Assembly (NCBI GenBank): GCA_004022145.1
Contig: RCNU01000007.1
Strand: one strand, 5' to 3'
DNA: 64,000 nucleotides
Source of the DNA: Paecilomyces variotii
Lineage: Eukaryota
Part shown: positions 1-13,500 of the stretch, one piece after another
Layout of the letters: each line of letters opens with the position of its first letter
Numbering within the stretch: position 1 is the first letter of the stretch
Program-made: the position numbers and the translations under genes
Notes under the pieces: model-generated
Database searches by the model: none
Seen by the model: only the letters and a program-made list of their open reading frames with translations
What the model was told of the DNA's origin: nothing

Positions 1-238
1 CGCTGAGTTGACGTCGGTCAACATTCTGCGTTGTGTTCCCGACTGGTTTCAGGTCATCTGCTGTTGTGATACCCTCCTAAAAATACAACGCGCTGCATTC
101 TTGGGGTAGATTTATTTTTATCCATGATAAAGTGGCGCTACCACTGGGGATTAAAAAAAAGGCAGAGCGCACACTTCCCCCCAGACGAAATTAAGTCCGC
201 GAACATAAACGATTTGAAGAGCGGAAAAACTCGCTGAA

Positions 239-1659
239 ATGACGGTCAAAGTTGATATCATCTTCCGTGATGGGGCGCTCAAGTATCACCACTCAAAAGA
301 TAAGAGTCCGATCTTCCTCTCCGATGATGGTGTCAGCGGGACAGTTGTGGTCACCGGTCTCGACGAGAACATTACGGAGGAGTTTGACTCGGTGAAAATC
401 ACGTTGTTTGGTGGGTGAAAGCAAATATACGGAAATTGCTTGACATATTGCTGATCTTTACAGGGAATGTGTTGAACGTTCTGAGTGTGATGGATATTGA
501 CTGACCTATGACGGAGCTCTATCGGATGCGGATGGGACAAGACGTAAGTATTAAGATCCCTTTGCGATTCCTGCCAGCTTACTGATGGAATATCCAGCTT
601 GTCCGCTTAACAGACTGCCGAGGAGTACAAGAAGCATACGGAACAGAGGGGACCCGGTTATTTCCATTCTGCTTCAAGGTTCCTCGTCAGGTCTTGACTC
701 CAAACGGCCTGAAAGAGGGCACGGATCTCGTGCAATGCTTACCATCTTCGATGAACGTCGCCTTTGAAAATCGGAGTCCGAATTCGCACGTTCATGGTTG
801 CCGCGGAAAATCTAAGATCAGTTATGGCATTCGCGCCCAGCTGGTTCGCAATGGGACTGTGACCGTTGAGATGGAGCGGCCGATATCGTTGTTTCCAACT
901 CTGGACCAGGAGCCACCAGTCTGCACGAGCGATTTTCCAGGAGAGTACATTCTGTCAGAAAAGAAAACATTACGGGCCTTGTGGCCATTCCGTCGCGTGG
1001 GAGAATTGCACGTCGAGACAAGCGAAGCGACACCTTTCGAGTTCTCCAGTGAGAAGCAGAGCGCCTCTGCGTCTGTCAAGATCAAGTTGCGATATAGTCG
1101 CGCGTGTCATAGTTGTGGGCCCCCGGAACCGTTCTATGGAACAGTTATTTCCAGACTACGCTCGACAACGTTCGTATCGATCATGCCACAACAGCGTATG
1201 CCTACTCGAAAAGAAGCGCAGAGATCACCGTGGATGACGAAACATTCAACCTACCACATGAACCATAAGCGGAAACTAAGATTTTCGCCGTGGAAGCCAG
1301 CAAAGCCGAATGGGAACACTCTAATGAGTCAGGGCAGTGAATGGGAATCAGAGGCGACGCTCGTGGTTGAATATTCCGGAGACACCTTCCCAGAACCCAC
1401 ATTTGCGTCCTCCCTGGCATCGCGGCGATATGCACTCTGTATGTCAATGGAGATTGAAGGCTGTGGCCGGACCACTGTCGACCTATCAGTCCCCGTTAGT
1501 ATTCGATATACAGCAAAGCCTTGGGATCGACGACCTTCCCTCCTAGAGAGCCTGTCAGCAGTACTCGCTGAGAGACTAAGTCTGGGGGCGGAAGCGCTGT
1601 CCAACCAGGCTGACTTTTTACTACGAACACGCGATGAGCCTCCGATATATGTGGCATAG
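239..1659 (+). pseudogene. Alpha-arrestin-like (arrestin-N/Bul1-like adaptor) gene, 3 exons, with an in-frame TGA in predicted exon 2
   Basis: ATG 239 (MTVKVDIIFRDG...VSGTVVV...VKITLFG). Introns 411-463 and 544-597 (GT..AG). Exon 3 joins ORF 694-1659 in frame (FPFCFKVP...LPSS...KISYGIRAQL...FASSLASRRYAL) and ends in a PPxY motif (EPPIYVA). TGA at 502-504 interrupts the only phase-compatible frame of exon 2. Confidence 0.6.
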
Positions 1660-2304
1660 CGAGATATCTGGTGACTTGTCTGCATACAGTAGTGTTTCTA
1701 CTCAGTACCTACTGCTTTATGAGAAATGTCCGGTTGGCTTTATGGCGTTATTCGTTTTGGCAGACATTATCTTTCTGTTTATGATATCCTGTGTCCTGGT
1801 GACAGCATTGTATTATTCAGAACATCAATGTGTAGATAGAACATAGAGATAATTCTATTAACGATCTTCTCTGAACCTACATCTTGACTGTGTCTGTTGT
1901 ATAGAGCGCAGCTAGCTTCAGTTATTCTTTGAGCCTATTGGTGAAGGGATTCTTTCCAATTAGGAGTATTTATGCCAGTTATTAACATGATCCTCATATG
2001 TGTCAGTTAAACCATCTCTTCATACTGTGTTAATGATAACCACGAAAGGGAATCTATGTTATTGCTTTCACCAATGCAGTGCATTGAGTCAGGAAATCCA
2101 TATGTATACATACAATAACTCTCTCAACTTCTTACTCACCTATCTTCTGACTCAAGAAGAGCTATATTATTGATGCAGAATTCAGGTCATACTTAAAAAC
2201 TATATACTTAGTACTTTCTTCTACTCTAGACAACCACAGGGATCCACTTAAATACTTATTTAGCTTATCAAAGTTCAAAAGCTCCTATATCCACCACTCC
2301 AAAT

Positions 2305-2646
2305 ATGGCACTTACGATGGTCCACCCAATTGTCTACATCGAACTAGATGGTCCCGGCCAACCATGGGACAAATTTTTCAACGACCTAATGAACCATCCA
2401 CAATTCCCATCAGTCTATCGCAACTGGATGCCTATTGGAATGACCACTACCGGCAGATTGATGCCACTATGGTCTCTAGGAGGTGTTATGTCACGCAGCG
2501 CAGAGTTTGTTCAACTCTCCTCATTGCTACTTAGGAATGGTTTCAAGATTGCGAAGCACTTTTGTGGAGCCCCGAGGTTCGCACGTGGTGAGGGAGATCC
2601 CCCTACTGAGATACTGAATATATGCTCGGGCAACTCGAAACTATGA
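2305..2646 (+). CDS. Small hypothetical protein (113 aa)
   Basis: True ATG in good context (AAATATGG), intronless ORF more GC-rich than its AT-rich flanks. No recognised domain. Confidence 0.4.
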   Translation: MALTMVHPIVYIELDGPGQPWDKFFNDLMNHPQFPSVYRNWMPIGMTTTGRLMPLWSLGGVMSRSAEFVQLSSLLLRNGFKIAKHFCGAPRFARGEGDPPTEILNICSGNSKL

Positions 2647-3611
2647 TCCCAAGGAAGGGGAAGTGAGCTTGGGTTGGAACCTGGGGAGTCTGGAATCTGG
2701 TGTCGATAATTGTTTGGTTATTGAGTATTCGATATCTATTCTACTGAGCGTGGCGTCATCATAATTTGCTCCTTTTTTCGGGTAGATAGATTGCTGCTAC
2801 ACCCTACTCTTGATTTATGAGTTTACTATTAGCTCTAAATTTGTTTGTTTGCTCTGTGTTTGTTCCTGCATCTCTAAACAAATACTTCGATTTGTACCTA
2901 GAGTAGCAATCTGCTAAGTTTGCATCGATGATTCTCTTGTTTGATATATTCTGACAGTATTGGAAATAGAAAGGTTACTACTGAAAGACTCTTTATTGAT
3001 TATTCCACGGGTAAAAGAGCTGTAGAGGCCGGTAGCCGTAGTTTGCTTTGCTTGTTTGACTGTTAAGTACCCGCATATACATTAGTACACATAATTTTCT
3101 TTGTAGAATTTTCTATATACGTAATACATAGACCGTTGTTTGCTCAAGGAAGGTATTAAAGATAGGGAATCCCCGTCCTGTGTTCTAGTGTACAATAAAA
3201 TCTTTTCTGCAATTAAATATAATCAACTTTTCTGCTGTCCGACCGTCAGTGGTCATACTCTTTCAATGCGTCAGTTAGTAGGAAACAGCCGATGATTTTA
3301 TAAAAAACTGTGCTGCAAAAGCCATTCATTGATTATCAATTATATGGGATATTCAATCATCTTACCACCAATATGCGTCAATCCATGACTCTCATGTTGA
3401 GTCACGGCTACCATGGCCATTATAAATACAGCAGCTCGACCAGAACAGCAACATTCTATATTCTCAATACTAGACAACTCCACTGCATTATACAAAGCAA
3501 GAACCACGGAGACCAAGACCATCATTCCATATATCCTCTTTATTCCGCAACGGTCCACTACAAAGACCAAGAAACCACTTTAACCCGCTTCAAAAAACCA
3601 CTACGATAAAT

Positions 3612-4031
3612 ATGCCACCACCAACGCAATTCCCGAACCCCGCAGACTGCTGCGATAAACCCTGGGGGTTTTTATATGACGACTCCAACGAGAGATGGGT
3701 CGTATATTCCAATACCGACCTTGCAGTCGCTATATTCGAAGAGATCGCAGGCCCGATCTGCCACTTGCTTGGCCGATTGAAGATCGATACTATCAGAAGG
3801 CTTGACGGTGGCCCAGTCCTGCCTTGCGTGGGTCCAATTTTGGCCATGACGCATCGAGAGGGAGAAACAGTGAGGGATGCAGTGCCTACTGTTATATTGG
3901 ACATAGGGGTGTATGATGCAGGGCGCGCGCAGAGGTACAAAGACCTCGTTGAGGGACAGGACTGGATGAAGCAGTTCAAGGAAAAGCATCCTAACGTGAG
4001 AGTCATGGCCAAAGCGTGGGACTGTTGTTGA
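3612..4031 (+). CDS. Small hypothetical protein (139 aa)
   Basis: True ATG (AAATATGC) after a CA-rich UTR-like leader, protein-like composition. No recognised domain. Confidence 0.5.
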   Translation: MPPPTQFPNPADCCDKPWGFLYDDSNERWVVYSNTDLAVAIFEEIAGPICHLLGRLKIDTIRRLDGGPVLPCVGPILAMTHREGETVRDAVPTVILDIGVYDAGRAQRYKDLVEGQDWMKQFKEKHPNVRVMAKAWDCC

Positions 4032-4683
4032 AACAGTTCAGGGAGAAAGCCATTAGCCAGAGAGTCCTTTCAAGGGGTGGAGTTACTTTGAACTTCCAGA
4101 ATGTCTTCTTTATGGTGATTTTCCTTTCTTTCTTTCGGGGACTGTTGACTGGATTGAGTATGGAGCTACTTTCTTATATTGGGCCTTAGAGTAAATGATA
4201 AATTGGAACCAGATCTGCCTTTCTACGTGTTCGATTGGAAGTGCCTTGAGAAGACGGTCGTAGAATTCCCAGCTTACAGTCTAGGAGTTATGAAACACGC
4301 ATGTTCTAGGATTGCACCCCAACATGTCTATTCCTTCCTTTCTAGTAGTAAAGAAATAGTATAGTACTTCGATATTCGGGCATGAGTCCCATGGCTTACT
4401 CATTGCACAGTATCACTGCGTCTATATCTGAGGTCCCTATCTTCAATCTGTACCTAGTCAACGCGGGAAAGAGGACGGATAGCATTTTGGAATATCGGAA
4501 CACTCGTATGACTGGAAAACGTTACTTAGACCATCATCCGACGTTCTGTCCACCTAATAACGAAGAGTATCCGGAGCTGGAACAGTCTGGACCAGAACAT
4601 ATTACGATAACTGTCAATTGATTAGTTGGATAGTTATCCCAAATCCTGCTTGAGTCAGTGTCACCGGGATGCTAGATAGAGTA

Positions 4684-5165
4684 CAAGTACACAGGTCATC
4701 TGACCGTCAGATGACCCATATCCGCTTGCCAAGACCCTTAATAAGCTTTTTAAGTTCTTAGATATCGTGAAATCCGTTATTATTTACCTCTACTTTTAAT
4801 TTCTTTAAGTTATACGCCAAGTTTCTCCAGCAGTTAGTTATTAAGCGGTTATTATGTATTTGCTAAGCAGTTATAGATTCCTACCTACTTGGGCCTTTAA
4901 GAAGCTAAGTAATTAAGGTAGCTCTACTTTAAATGGTTAGCAATTAATTAAACCCCAACGAGGATAATCCTTATTCTGACTATTCCTGATGCCCTAACCC
5001 TTTAATTTTGAATCATTTTGATCCCATAGTGCCTAATCTCGGGGAATAATTAAAAGATTATCATTTAGAGAGTCGAATACATGATAAGTAAATACGACAG
5101 AGGTAGATTGACTCGAAATTTTAGGATCTCTCGGCCGATAACCATCATATGACTGCCAAGACTGA
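4684..5165 (-). mobile_element. Candidate Helitron-like relic (3' terminus at 4684; other end undefined)
   Basis: Perfect 11-bp hairpin GGTCATCTGAC-N-GTCAGATGACC at 4694-4716. On the minus strand it is followed by TGTGTA-CTTG|T (terminus 10 nt past the hairpin). Adjacent 4740-5150 is TA-rich and RIP-like. Confidence 0.35.
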
Positions 5166-5486
5166 TAGTAATCACCTTCGCGTCTGACGAAGCTGAAAAC
5201 GAGGCCGGATCTGCAACCACTTATTATCTAGTGGCTCATCTGCAGCGACAGCATACGGTGACACGTTTCCGAGAAAAGTCCGCTGTTGAGGTATGGGGTA
5301 ATTATGGCGATTTGAGGAAAAGTGCGTCCATTTCACGCTTATGACGGCATTGCTACCATAAGGAACAGTCCATTTAGCAAACAAAAACTTCAATCATGAT
5401 AGAAAGATACTATTATATAGCCTCCCCCGTCTCTCCTAGCTGACAAAATCTCCTCAAACCTGATCACTGTACTCCATACATACATA

Positions 5487-5948
5487 ATGTCTACTACTAC
5501 ATACCTGAGAGTTCCTTCGCGGACAGACAAAGGACCACTGCGTCAACGGGATATTGAATTAGCCCGTATGCCCTGCTACGTGGGCTATGACTACCCAGAT
5601 GACGGTGAGTATATGCGCAGCTTCACTTACTGCTTACCGCAATAGCTGACCTTCGATCTAGCTGGCGAGTTTCCAGGCTGCTGCCAACTTTGCTGCGAAG
5701 ATACCGATTCAAGTACAGTCTTTCGTCGATTACCCTGCAACCACATATTCCACCGACCATGTATCGATCGATGGCTTTGCACAAGGGATGGGAGCTGCCC
5801 GATATGCCGGCGAAAGTTCTATGACCTGCGTCGGGCATACTTGGTCGAGGAAACCGTACCATTGCCGGCGGGGGCGCAGGAGAAAGACCAATTACGCGCC
5901 TCTCGAGATGCAGTACTTCTATGGATGAAAAAAATTCTGAACTTATGA
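5487..5948 (+). CDS. Small RING-H2 finger protein (putative E3 ubiquitin ligase), 134 aa, 2 exons
   Basis: Exon 1 5487-5604, intron 5605-5661 (GTGAGT..CTGAC..TAG), exon 2 5662-5948 encoding CQLC-CEDTDSSTVFRRLP-CNHIFHRPC-IDRWLCTRDGS-CPIC, a C3H2C3 RING-H2 pattern. Not present in the ORF track. Confidence 0.85.
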
Positions 5949-6592
5949 GGATCAGTCTTCGAGCATGCATTCGTTTCTGGGCAGTTTATGAGTTTGGGAC
6001 TTTCGCACACGAGTTGCGCAACATGATTTATTGAGCATGGAGTTGGCATGGCGAACATTGATTGGCACTACTAATGGTCTTTGTATAGATACTGGAGCAA
6101 GGTGTATTGAGCGATAGAAGCGATAATACCGGAAGTATCATTTACCGAACGAACTCTCCATTTTCCCGGCCCATATGGCCGTATGATCAAAGCGTAAGAC
6201 CTTGGCAGCCACGGTATGGTATGCTGATCACGCAGTCAGACCAGAAGGGAGTTCGGGATGTAGAAGGGGAAGTTCGTTATTACTGATGTCATTCAGTACC
6301 GGTGAGAGTAAGGAGATGTAGCAATTCTCATAGTTGTAGAATGATGTGAGCAGAGCGCGGGAGCGGATCGGGACAGATTTGGAAGCAGTAGCTGGCCAAT
6401 CACTTGATGTGGGGTACATCCCCGAGAGCTACGTAAATCTAACATTGCCAACTCCTCCTTCTCCAAGTGAATTATCGAATTGAGCTCTCGCAGGATATTC
6501 ATATGAGCATAAGATTTGTTAGTGGTCTAAAAAGTGTCAATTTGTAATTGATTTGCCATCTATGAGTGAGCACGAAACACTCAAGAGATTAT

Positions 6593-6718
6593 TGCTACGC
6601 CAGATCTAGTGTAGAGGCACATGACGTAGGTTATATGACCTTATGTATATAGCGATATCTTTAGCATTAGAGGAACCTAGACTTCTTAATATTACTCTTT
6701 CCCCCTATTTATATAGTA
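6593..6718 (+). repeat. 5' LTR of outer element
   Basis: Direct repeat of 27545-27670, differing by C>T/G>A transitions. Confidence 0.95.
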
Positions 6719-9700
6719 AAATAGTAGTATATTCTAATAATAGATCTAGCTAGGATTTTATACTATTAAAAGGAATTCTAATAAAAAATAATACTGCGGC
6801 TAGCAGTATAAAACTTTATATTATCTTATCTTTAATTTTAATTAATCTTATATTTAATTTAGTTACTGTTATTACTTATATATAATCCTAATCCTATATA
6901 TAATACTTAGATAATATATCCTTTTCTATAGGGATTAAAAGATAAAATTATATATGCTTGCTATAGGTATTGCTAATATAATATCTAATATAATATTAGA
7001 TCTATATAGTGACTAATAAGAATTAATATAGGAAAAAAGCGCAGATATAGATAAGTTAAGAAAGAATAAAAAAATGCCTGTATAATATATTATAAAGCAG
7101 TTTAAATTTTATATAATATTAATTAATAGGCTATTTATATATTATAATAAACTAATAGATAATTTCTATAAATTAGTTAACAATTATTTAATATAAACTA
7201 ATTTAATATAAGTAAGTAATATCCTAGTTATAATATTATTAAAGAGAGTAGAGAACCTCTATATAAAAGTATAGAAATACTAAATATAGTAAGGTATAGG
7301 TTATAATACTCTAATAGTATCTCTACCTAAATAGGTATAGGTATTCTGTATAGGACTAGATTACTATATTTAATCTATAGAGTAAGCATTATTATTATTA
7401 GTAATAGGGTAACTAAGTTATTAGTAGTATTTCTCAGAGTATTTTTTAAAGCAAGAATATTATTTAGAAAATTATATTAAGAAGTTAGAGAAGCAGTTAA
7501 ATACAGTAGTTAGAGAATTAGAACTAAGATAACTAATATAAGAATAATTAGCTAAAAGCTTTAGATTAAGCTAATATTAATTAAGCTTTAAATTAGGCTA
7601 ATACTAATTATATAACTACTTATTATATAAATAATATATATAAAGCAGCAGATTATAGAGACCGACATATAAAAAGAAGGAGCCTTATAATATTAAATCC
7701 TAGCATAAAGATAAATAATATTAATAGCGGTTAAAACTAGAAGATATTATAATTTTTAACCTAGTAGATAAGGATATTTAATTTTTTACTAAGAGAATTA
7801 GGATTATAGCTTCTTATAAAGGAGTATATATAATATTAGATATCTTACTCTTTTACCTAAAGGGCAGAGTATTAATATAATATATAAACCTACTTAAAGA
7901 GATATATAATAAATTAGTTTATTCTTTAGATAAATAATATTAGTTATTAAAAGAGAAGTTTTATTATAACCTAGTTAAGGCTTATTAATAAATATAAAAC
8001 TTAACTTTCTTATTTATTATAGCGGATAAACTTCTACTAGATAATTATCTTATATAAAAGATTATATTGTTAAAAGAAGTAAGTATAATAAATAATAAGA
8101 CTATTAAGAGTAAGCTATAAGAAGGGTTAAATCTAAAGCTAGCAATATTAATTTATATTAAGCTAAATAAGCCTATAGAGCAATTTTGCTATTAGATATA
8201 ATATATTAAGATAGATATATATTAAGAATAGGAGAAATCCTAGTATATATATAATAGACTATTATTAATACTACTTATATAAGAGTATATAAATAGGCTC
8301 TTTTAGCGCTATTAAAAGGTATAAGTATTAATATAGATATAAGAGCTAATTATAGCTATTAGTAGAGTAATACTGCTAGTAGTATTTAAAAGTAGGGATA
8401 AAGATATTTAATTATTATATTTGCTATAATAACCCTATAAAGGATAATTATTATTATATCTATATTGCTATTATAAAGCTTAGTATTAAGATAATAATTA
8501 TCCTATATAAAAAAATACTTATATTTATATAGTTATAGTATTAGATAGCAATATAAATACTAAAGATCTAAAAACCTTAGAGGCTCTTAAAGCTATCCTT
8601 ACTAATAAGGAAAATTAAAAAAGATTAAGGATAAGGAGGTATTATAATCTATAGAAGGATAGCCTCTAGCCCTTATATAGGCCTAAAAGCAGTATAGATA
8701 TTTATAAGCTAACTTTATCTATAATAGGGAGAAATTAACTATATGCTTAAACATAGGGTTAAATATTTTATATATTTTATAAGCCTATTATAATAAATAT
8801 TTTTCAGATATTATTCTAATAGCATATATAAAGATTTTAAAAAGAATTAGCAACTAGGGGGTAAATTCTACTTATTAACTTAATATTATAATTATATTGC
8901 TTACTAATAATAATAAAATAACTTTATTTATTAGATATTATTATATTATTCCTATCTTAGCCTATAGTATAATAGCAGATACTAGTACTCTTATTGAAAA
9001 TAAAATAATCCTTAACTTATCTAGATAATAAGCTATTATTAGCAGATATTAAATACCGGTAAGGTCCTTATAGGACAGATCTTATAAATAACTATTATAA
9101 AGGAAGTAAGTAATCTATATAATAGAGATAGTTATAGTTTAGCCCGCTTAGGGATATATAATTAATATTTATTAATATCTTATACTAGAGGTATACTTAT
9201 ATTAGATAATACTTATTCTATAGAGAAATAATAATTTAGGCATATAGAATAATCTGCCGGTAGTCTTAATCTGCTATAATAAGATAAGATTATTATATAT
9301 AAATATAGGAGATTATCTTATATAGATAAGAATTGGTTAACTCCTTAGCTATATATCTTTATCTTAAGTACTTATTCTAATAATAGGTATAATATAATTA
9401 ATAGGCAATATTAATTATCCTATGCCAATAGCAATAGATACTAGGATAATTAATATAAATAATACTAGTGCTATAGTAGAATAAGCAGATATATTATTAA
9501 TATAAGGTAAGAAATATAAATTATAGATGCGCAATATTTTAAATAAGTATACTAATCTTTTTTATAAAGGCCTTAGTATATTTAATAATAGGATTAATAT
9601 ACTAGTATATTTCTGCAATAAAAACAATATTAAAGGGTTAAAATAGGCGCTATTTTACCTCTTTTTAAGAGACTATAAAGCTATAGACTTTATTCTTAAT

Positions 9701-10197
9701 CTATTAATTATTAAAAGGCAGGTAAAATATATTCTTTTAATATAAAAGGCGCTAGCTATATTATTAGCATTTATTATATAAAATAAGAATAAGCTATAAA
9801 TAGTTATTAACCTGCGGTATATTAATAAAAAACTTATTTTAAATATATATCTATTACTAAAATAAGATAATGTTTTTATTAAATATAAGGGCGCTACTAT
9901 ATTTTTATTATTTAATATTATTAAGAGATTCTTTTAATAGTTAGTGTAACTATCTAATTATTAAAAAATAGCATTTATTATTTCTTATAGGGGCCTTAAG
10001 TAATTAATAATAGTATTAATGGGCCTATTAATAACTCTAGGCTTTTTCTAATATTATATAGAAAGATTGTTATTATAGTATCTATAAGATTTTATCCTAG
10101 TATATATTAATAATATTATTATATATAGCTAGTTAAAGGAATAGTATCTATAGTATTTTAATAAGGTACTTACTATATTAGAGAGATTAAGTATTTC

Positions 10198-10554
10198 TGT
10201 AAAGAGCTAGGGTAAGAAAGCTCTTTATCGGAGGTAACTAGTAGGACTAGTCAAATAGAATATAAGATAAGAGATAGAGATGCAGGCAAATAGCCGTCTA
10301 CGCGTAGTAGAGTTAAAGGTTAGGTTTTATAGTAATTAGAATGAATTGCTAATCTATCTAACTTCTATTCTTTTAGGGGTTATTTATCTATCTGTCTATT
10401 CTACTAGGTTATCTAGATAACCTAGTCTTAATAGCTCTATCTATAACTAGCTGATCTAACTATTATATATAGATCTAGTTATCTCGTTATCCTTTATTAT
10501 CTATCCTAGGTCTTAGCAGGTCCAGATTAGGTATTGTAGCCCTAGTTTATAACA
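10198..10554 (-). repeat. 3' LTR of nested element #2
   Basis: TGTAAAGAGC...TATAACA, matches 17250-17606 and adjoins the minus-strand PPT. Confidence 0.93.
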
Positions 10555-13500
10555 GTATTCCCCCCCTTAAAAGGCTTATCCCGAGCTATATAAAGTTTAT
10601 TATATAGATCTAAATATTTAGGTATAGCTATAGTAATAGTAATAAGTCGCTATTAAGATATGCTTATTATATGAATTTATCTAATATTAGCTTTATTTTA
10701 ATATTTTTACCTGGGAGATTAGGAGTATTTTTATTTTTTACTAACTAACTCCTATTTTTTTACTTATATATTAAGCTATCCTTTTCCTGTTTCTATAGCT
10801 TATTTAATACTGCTTTTAATAGTTTAAATATAGAAATAGCTAATAATTATATAGATATATTAAAAATAGGATTTTTAAGTTATTTTCTTTATAGGTCCTG
10901 CGCATGCGCTTAATATAAGTTATAACCCTTTAGATTTATATAATAATGCTAATTAATATAGTAATACCTCTTAAATACTTTAAATATATTTTATTTATTC
11001 TAGGCTCTCTTAATAAGGCCCCTATAGCTGGCCCTAAGCTATTATAGCTATTAACTGAAGATTATTTATTTAGTTATTAGCTTAATATAGATAATAAGTA
11101 GCTTAATAAGCTATCTCTTCTTTTTATATCTCTGACTACTAATATAATATTAGAATTAATAACTTTTTTTTTATAGATTACTCTATTTACCGCTATTAAT
11201 AATAATAATAAAGTATTTTTACTAAAGTTGTCTATAAAGAATCTCTTAATAGAGGAGTATCTTCTACCTAAGATATATAGGGATTAGTTTATATTTAATA
11301 ATATAGTTCTTCCTATATATAAAGAGGTATAGGCTAGTCTATTATATTCTCTTTAGAGATTAAAATATAGTTATAATAATACCGCTCTTACTATACTTAT
11401 AATAAAAAAAACTTCTATTTAGCTAGCTAAAAAACTATAAAAAAAGTTAAAGATAAAGGAGGTTTTTAGTATAAAGACCCAGGGAACCTAAGACACTATT
11501 ATAACTCTTATTCCTAGAGTTAAGGCTATTATTAAGATATCTCTTCTTTAAATTAATTTAGCTCTTACTAAGATAATAATATTAATTATTATTACTAATA
11601 TTAATATAATAATAGATTATCTTACTATCTTTAAGGCAGACTCTATTATAAATCTTTCTAGCCTAGAGAGTTTAACTAAAGACTTTCCTCCTATCTTATA
11701 GGAGATATATCTTTATTATTTAAAGGCCCTAGTATAGGATTTAAAGCAATAGTATGTCTATTCTTATATTAATGCGAAATATCTCTATTATAAGGGCCTT
11801 TATAAGCTATATATCCTTATACTGCTGGCGTATAAGGCTAAGTTAACTTATATTTAGAGTTTTAGCTAAAAGGCTTACTTTTTAGATAATTTAGAGTCTT
11901 TTAATAAGGCTATAAATATATATATTTTCTTTATAGAGGCATATATATAGAAATCTATATTTAAGATTATTAGATACTAGCTTAGTGCTGCTGTTATTCT
12001 ACTAACCCTATTATATTTTAAATTAGAATTATTATATCTCTTTTAAGAGTCTTATTAAATAATCTGTTTATTAAACTGTAATATCTTATATATAGTAAAT
12101 ATATTTGCTTAATTATAGGGACTGCCTCTATTCTTTAATAAGGAGGAGGAAGATATTATTAAGGGGTTTTATAGTGGTAAAATAGCTGAGTAAGATAATT
12201 TTATAGGCTTATATTTAGATTATTAGCCGGGGCTAACCCAGTTAAATTAAATTATTCTTATTAAAATTCTTTTCTTTTATATTCTCTTTAAAACTTCTAA
12301 ACTCTATAGGAAAATTAGAGAAAGAATAATATATATAGCAATATATTTAATAATAGTTAAAAAAACCTAGTAGGAGAAAAAGTATTATTACTTATCTATC
12401 TTACTTTATTTTTTAGTTTTTAGCTTTTCTTTACCTTGCCTTTACTTAGGCAGTTTATCTATATTAAGAGCCTTATTAGGGTTCTTACTATAATACTCTT
12501 TTAGAGCTTTAATTATATATATAAGATTTTCTAATATCTGCTATAAGTTTTTATATAAAGAATATCCTTTTTATTTTATTAGGAACTATTTCTTCTTATA
12601 AAAGATCTATTTATTAAGGATTTCTTTTATCTCCTATTCTTATTCTTTATTAATAAGAATTAGATCTAGCTATTTAAGTTCTATCCCTTCTTATTAATTA
12701 TAGGGTTTTAGTAGAGATATATAGAATACTAAATATATCTTGCCTAGGCTCTTCGGCAGTTATAATTAGTATGCTTACTTTTTAATTATCTCTATTACTT
12801 TATAGGGTCTAAAAAATTAATAATCTAACTTCTTATTTAATTAATTAGTTTATAGATTCTTTATTAATAGAAGAATTTAATCCCCTATCTTATATAATTT
12901 AAGTGTGTATTTCTTATTATAGTACTTCGCTTGCACCTTAATAGCATATTATAAGTATTTTTCTAACTTTGCCCTAATATCTAATAATTCTTTAAGTTAT
13001 TTCTTAACAGCAAGAATGTTTAATCTTATTCTTATATTATATTTATCTTAGCTGTTAGGATTAAAGCTATAAAGGGCCTTAAATAATAAGTATCTAATAG
13101 TAGAATACTTTATATTATTATAGATATACTTTACTACACCTAATAATAATACCTAGTTATCTTAATAATAATTTATATATATCCTTAGATAATACTCTAA
13201 GATCTAATTCTAGTGCTTTATCTGCCTATCTATCTATAAATAAAAAGTAGTACTTATTAATTAAGTAATTTATATATACTAATAAAGCTTAGTCTAGTAT
13301 TTACTAATAAATACTAATCCTTAATTAGAAATAATTAATATTAAGGGATTAAACTAGTAATATACCCTTTTTATAATTAGGTTAGCCAAGTCTTCTGCTA
13401 TAATTATTTCTTAAGTTAAGATATAGAGAGTTATCTTAGAGTATTAGTCTATAACTATTAGGATTATATTATATTTAACTCTCTATTAAGTTAATAATAG

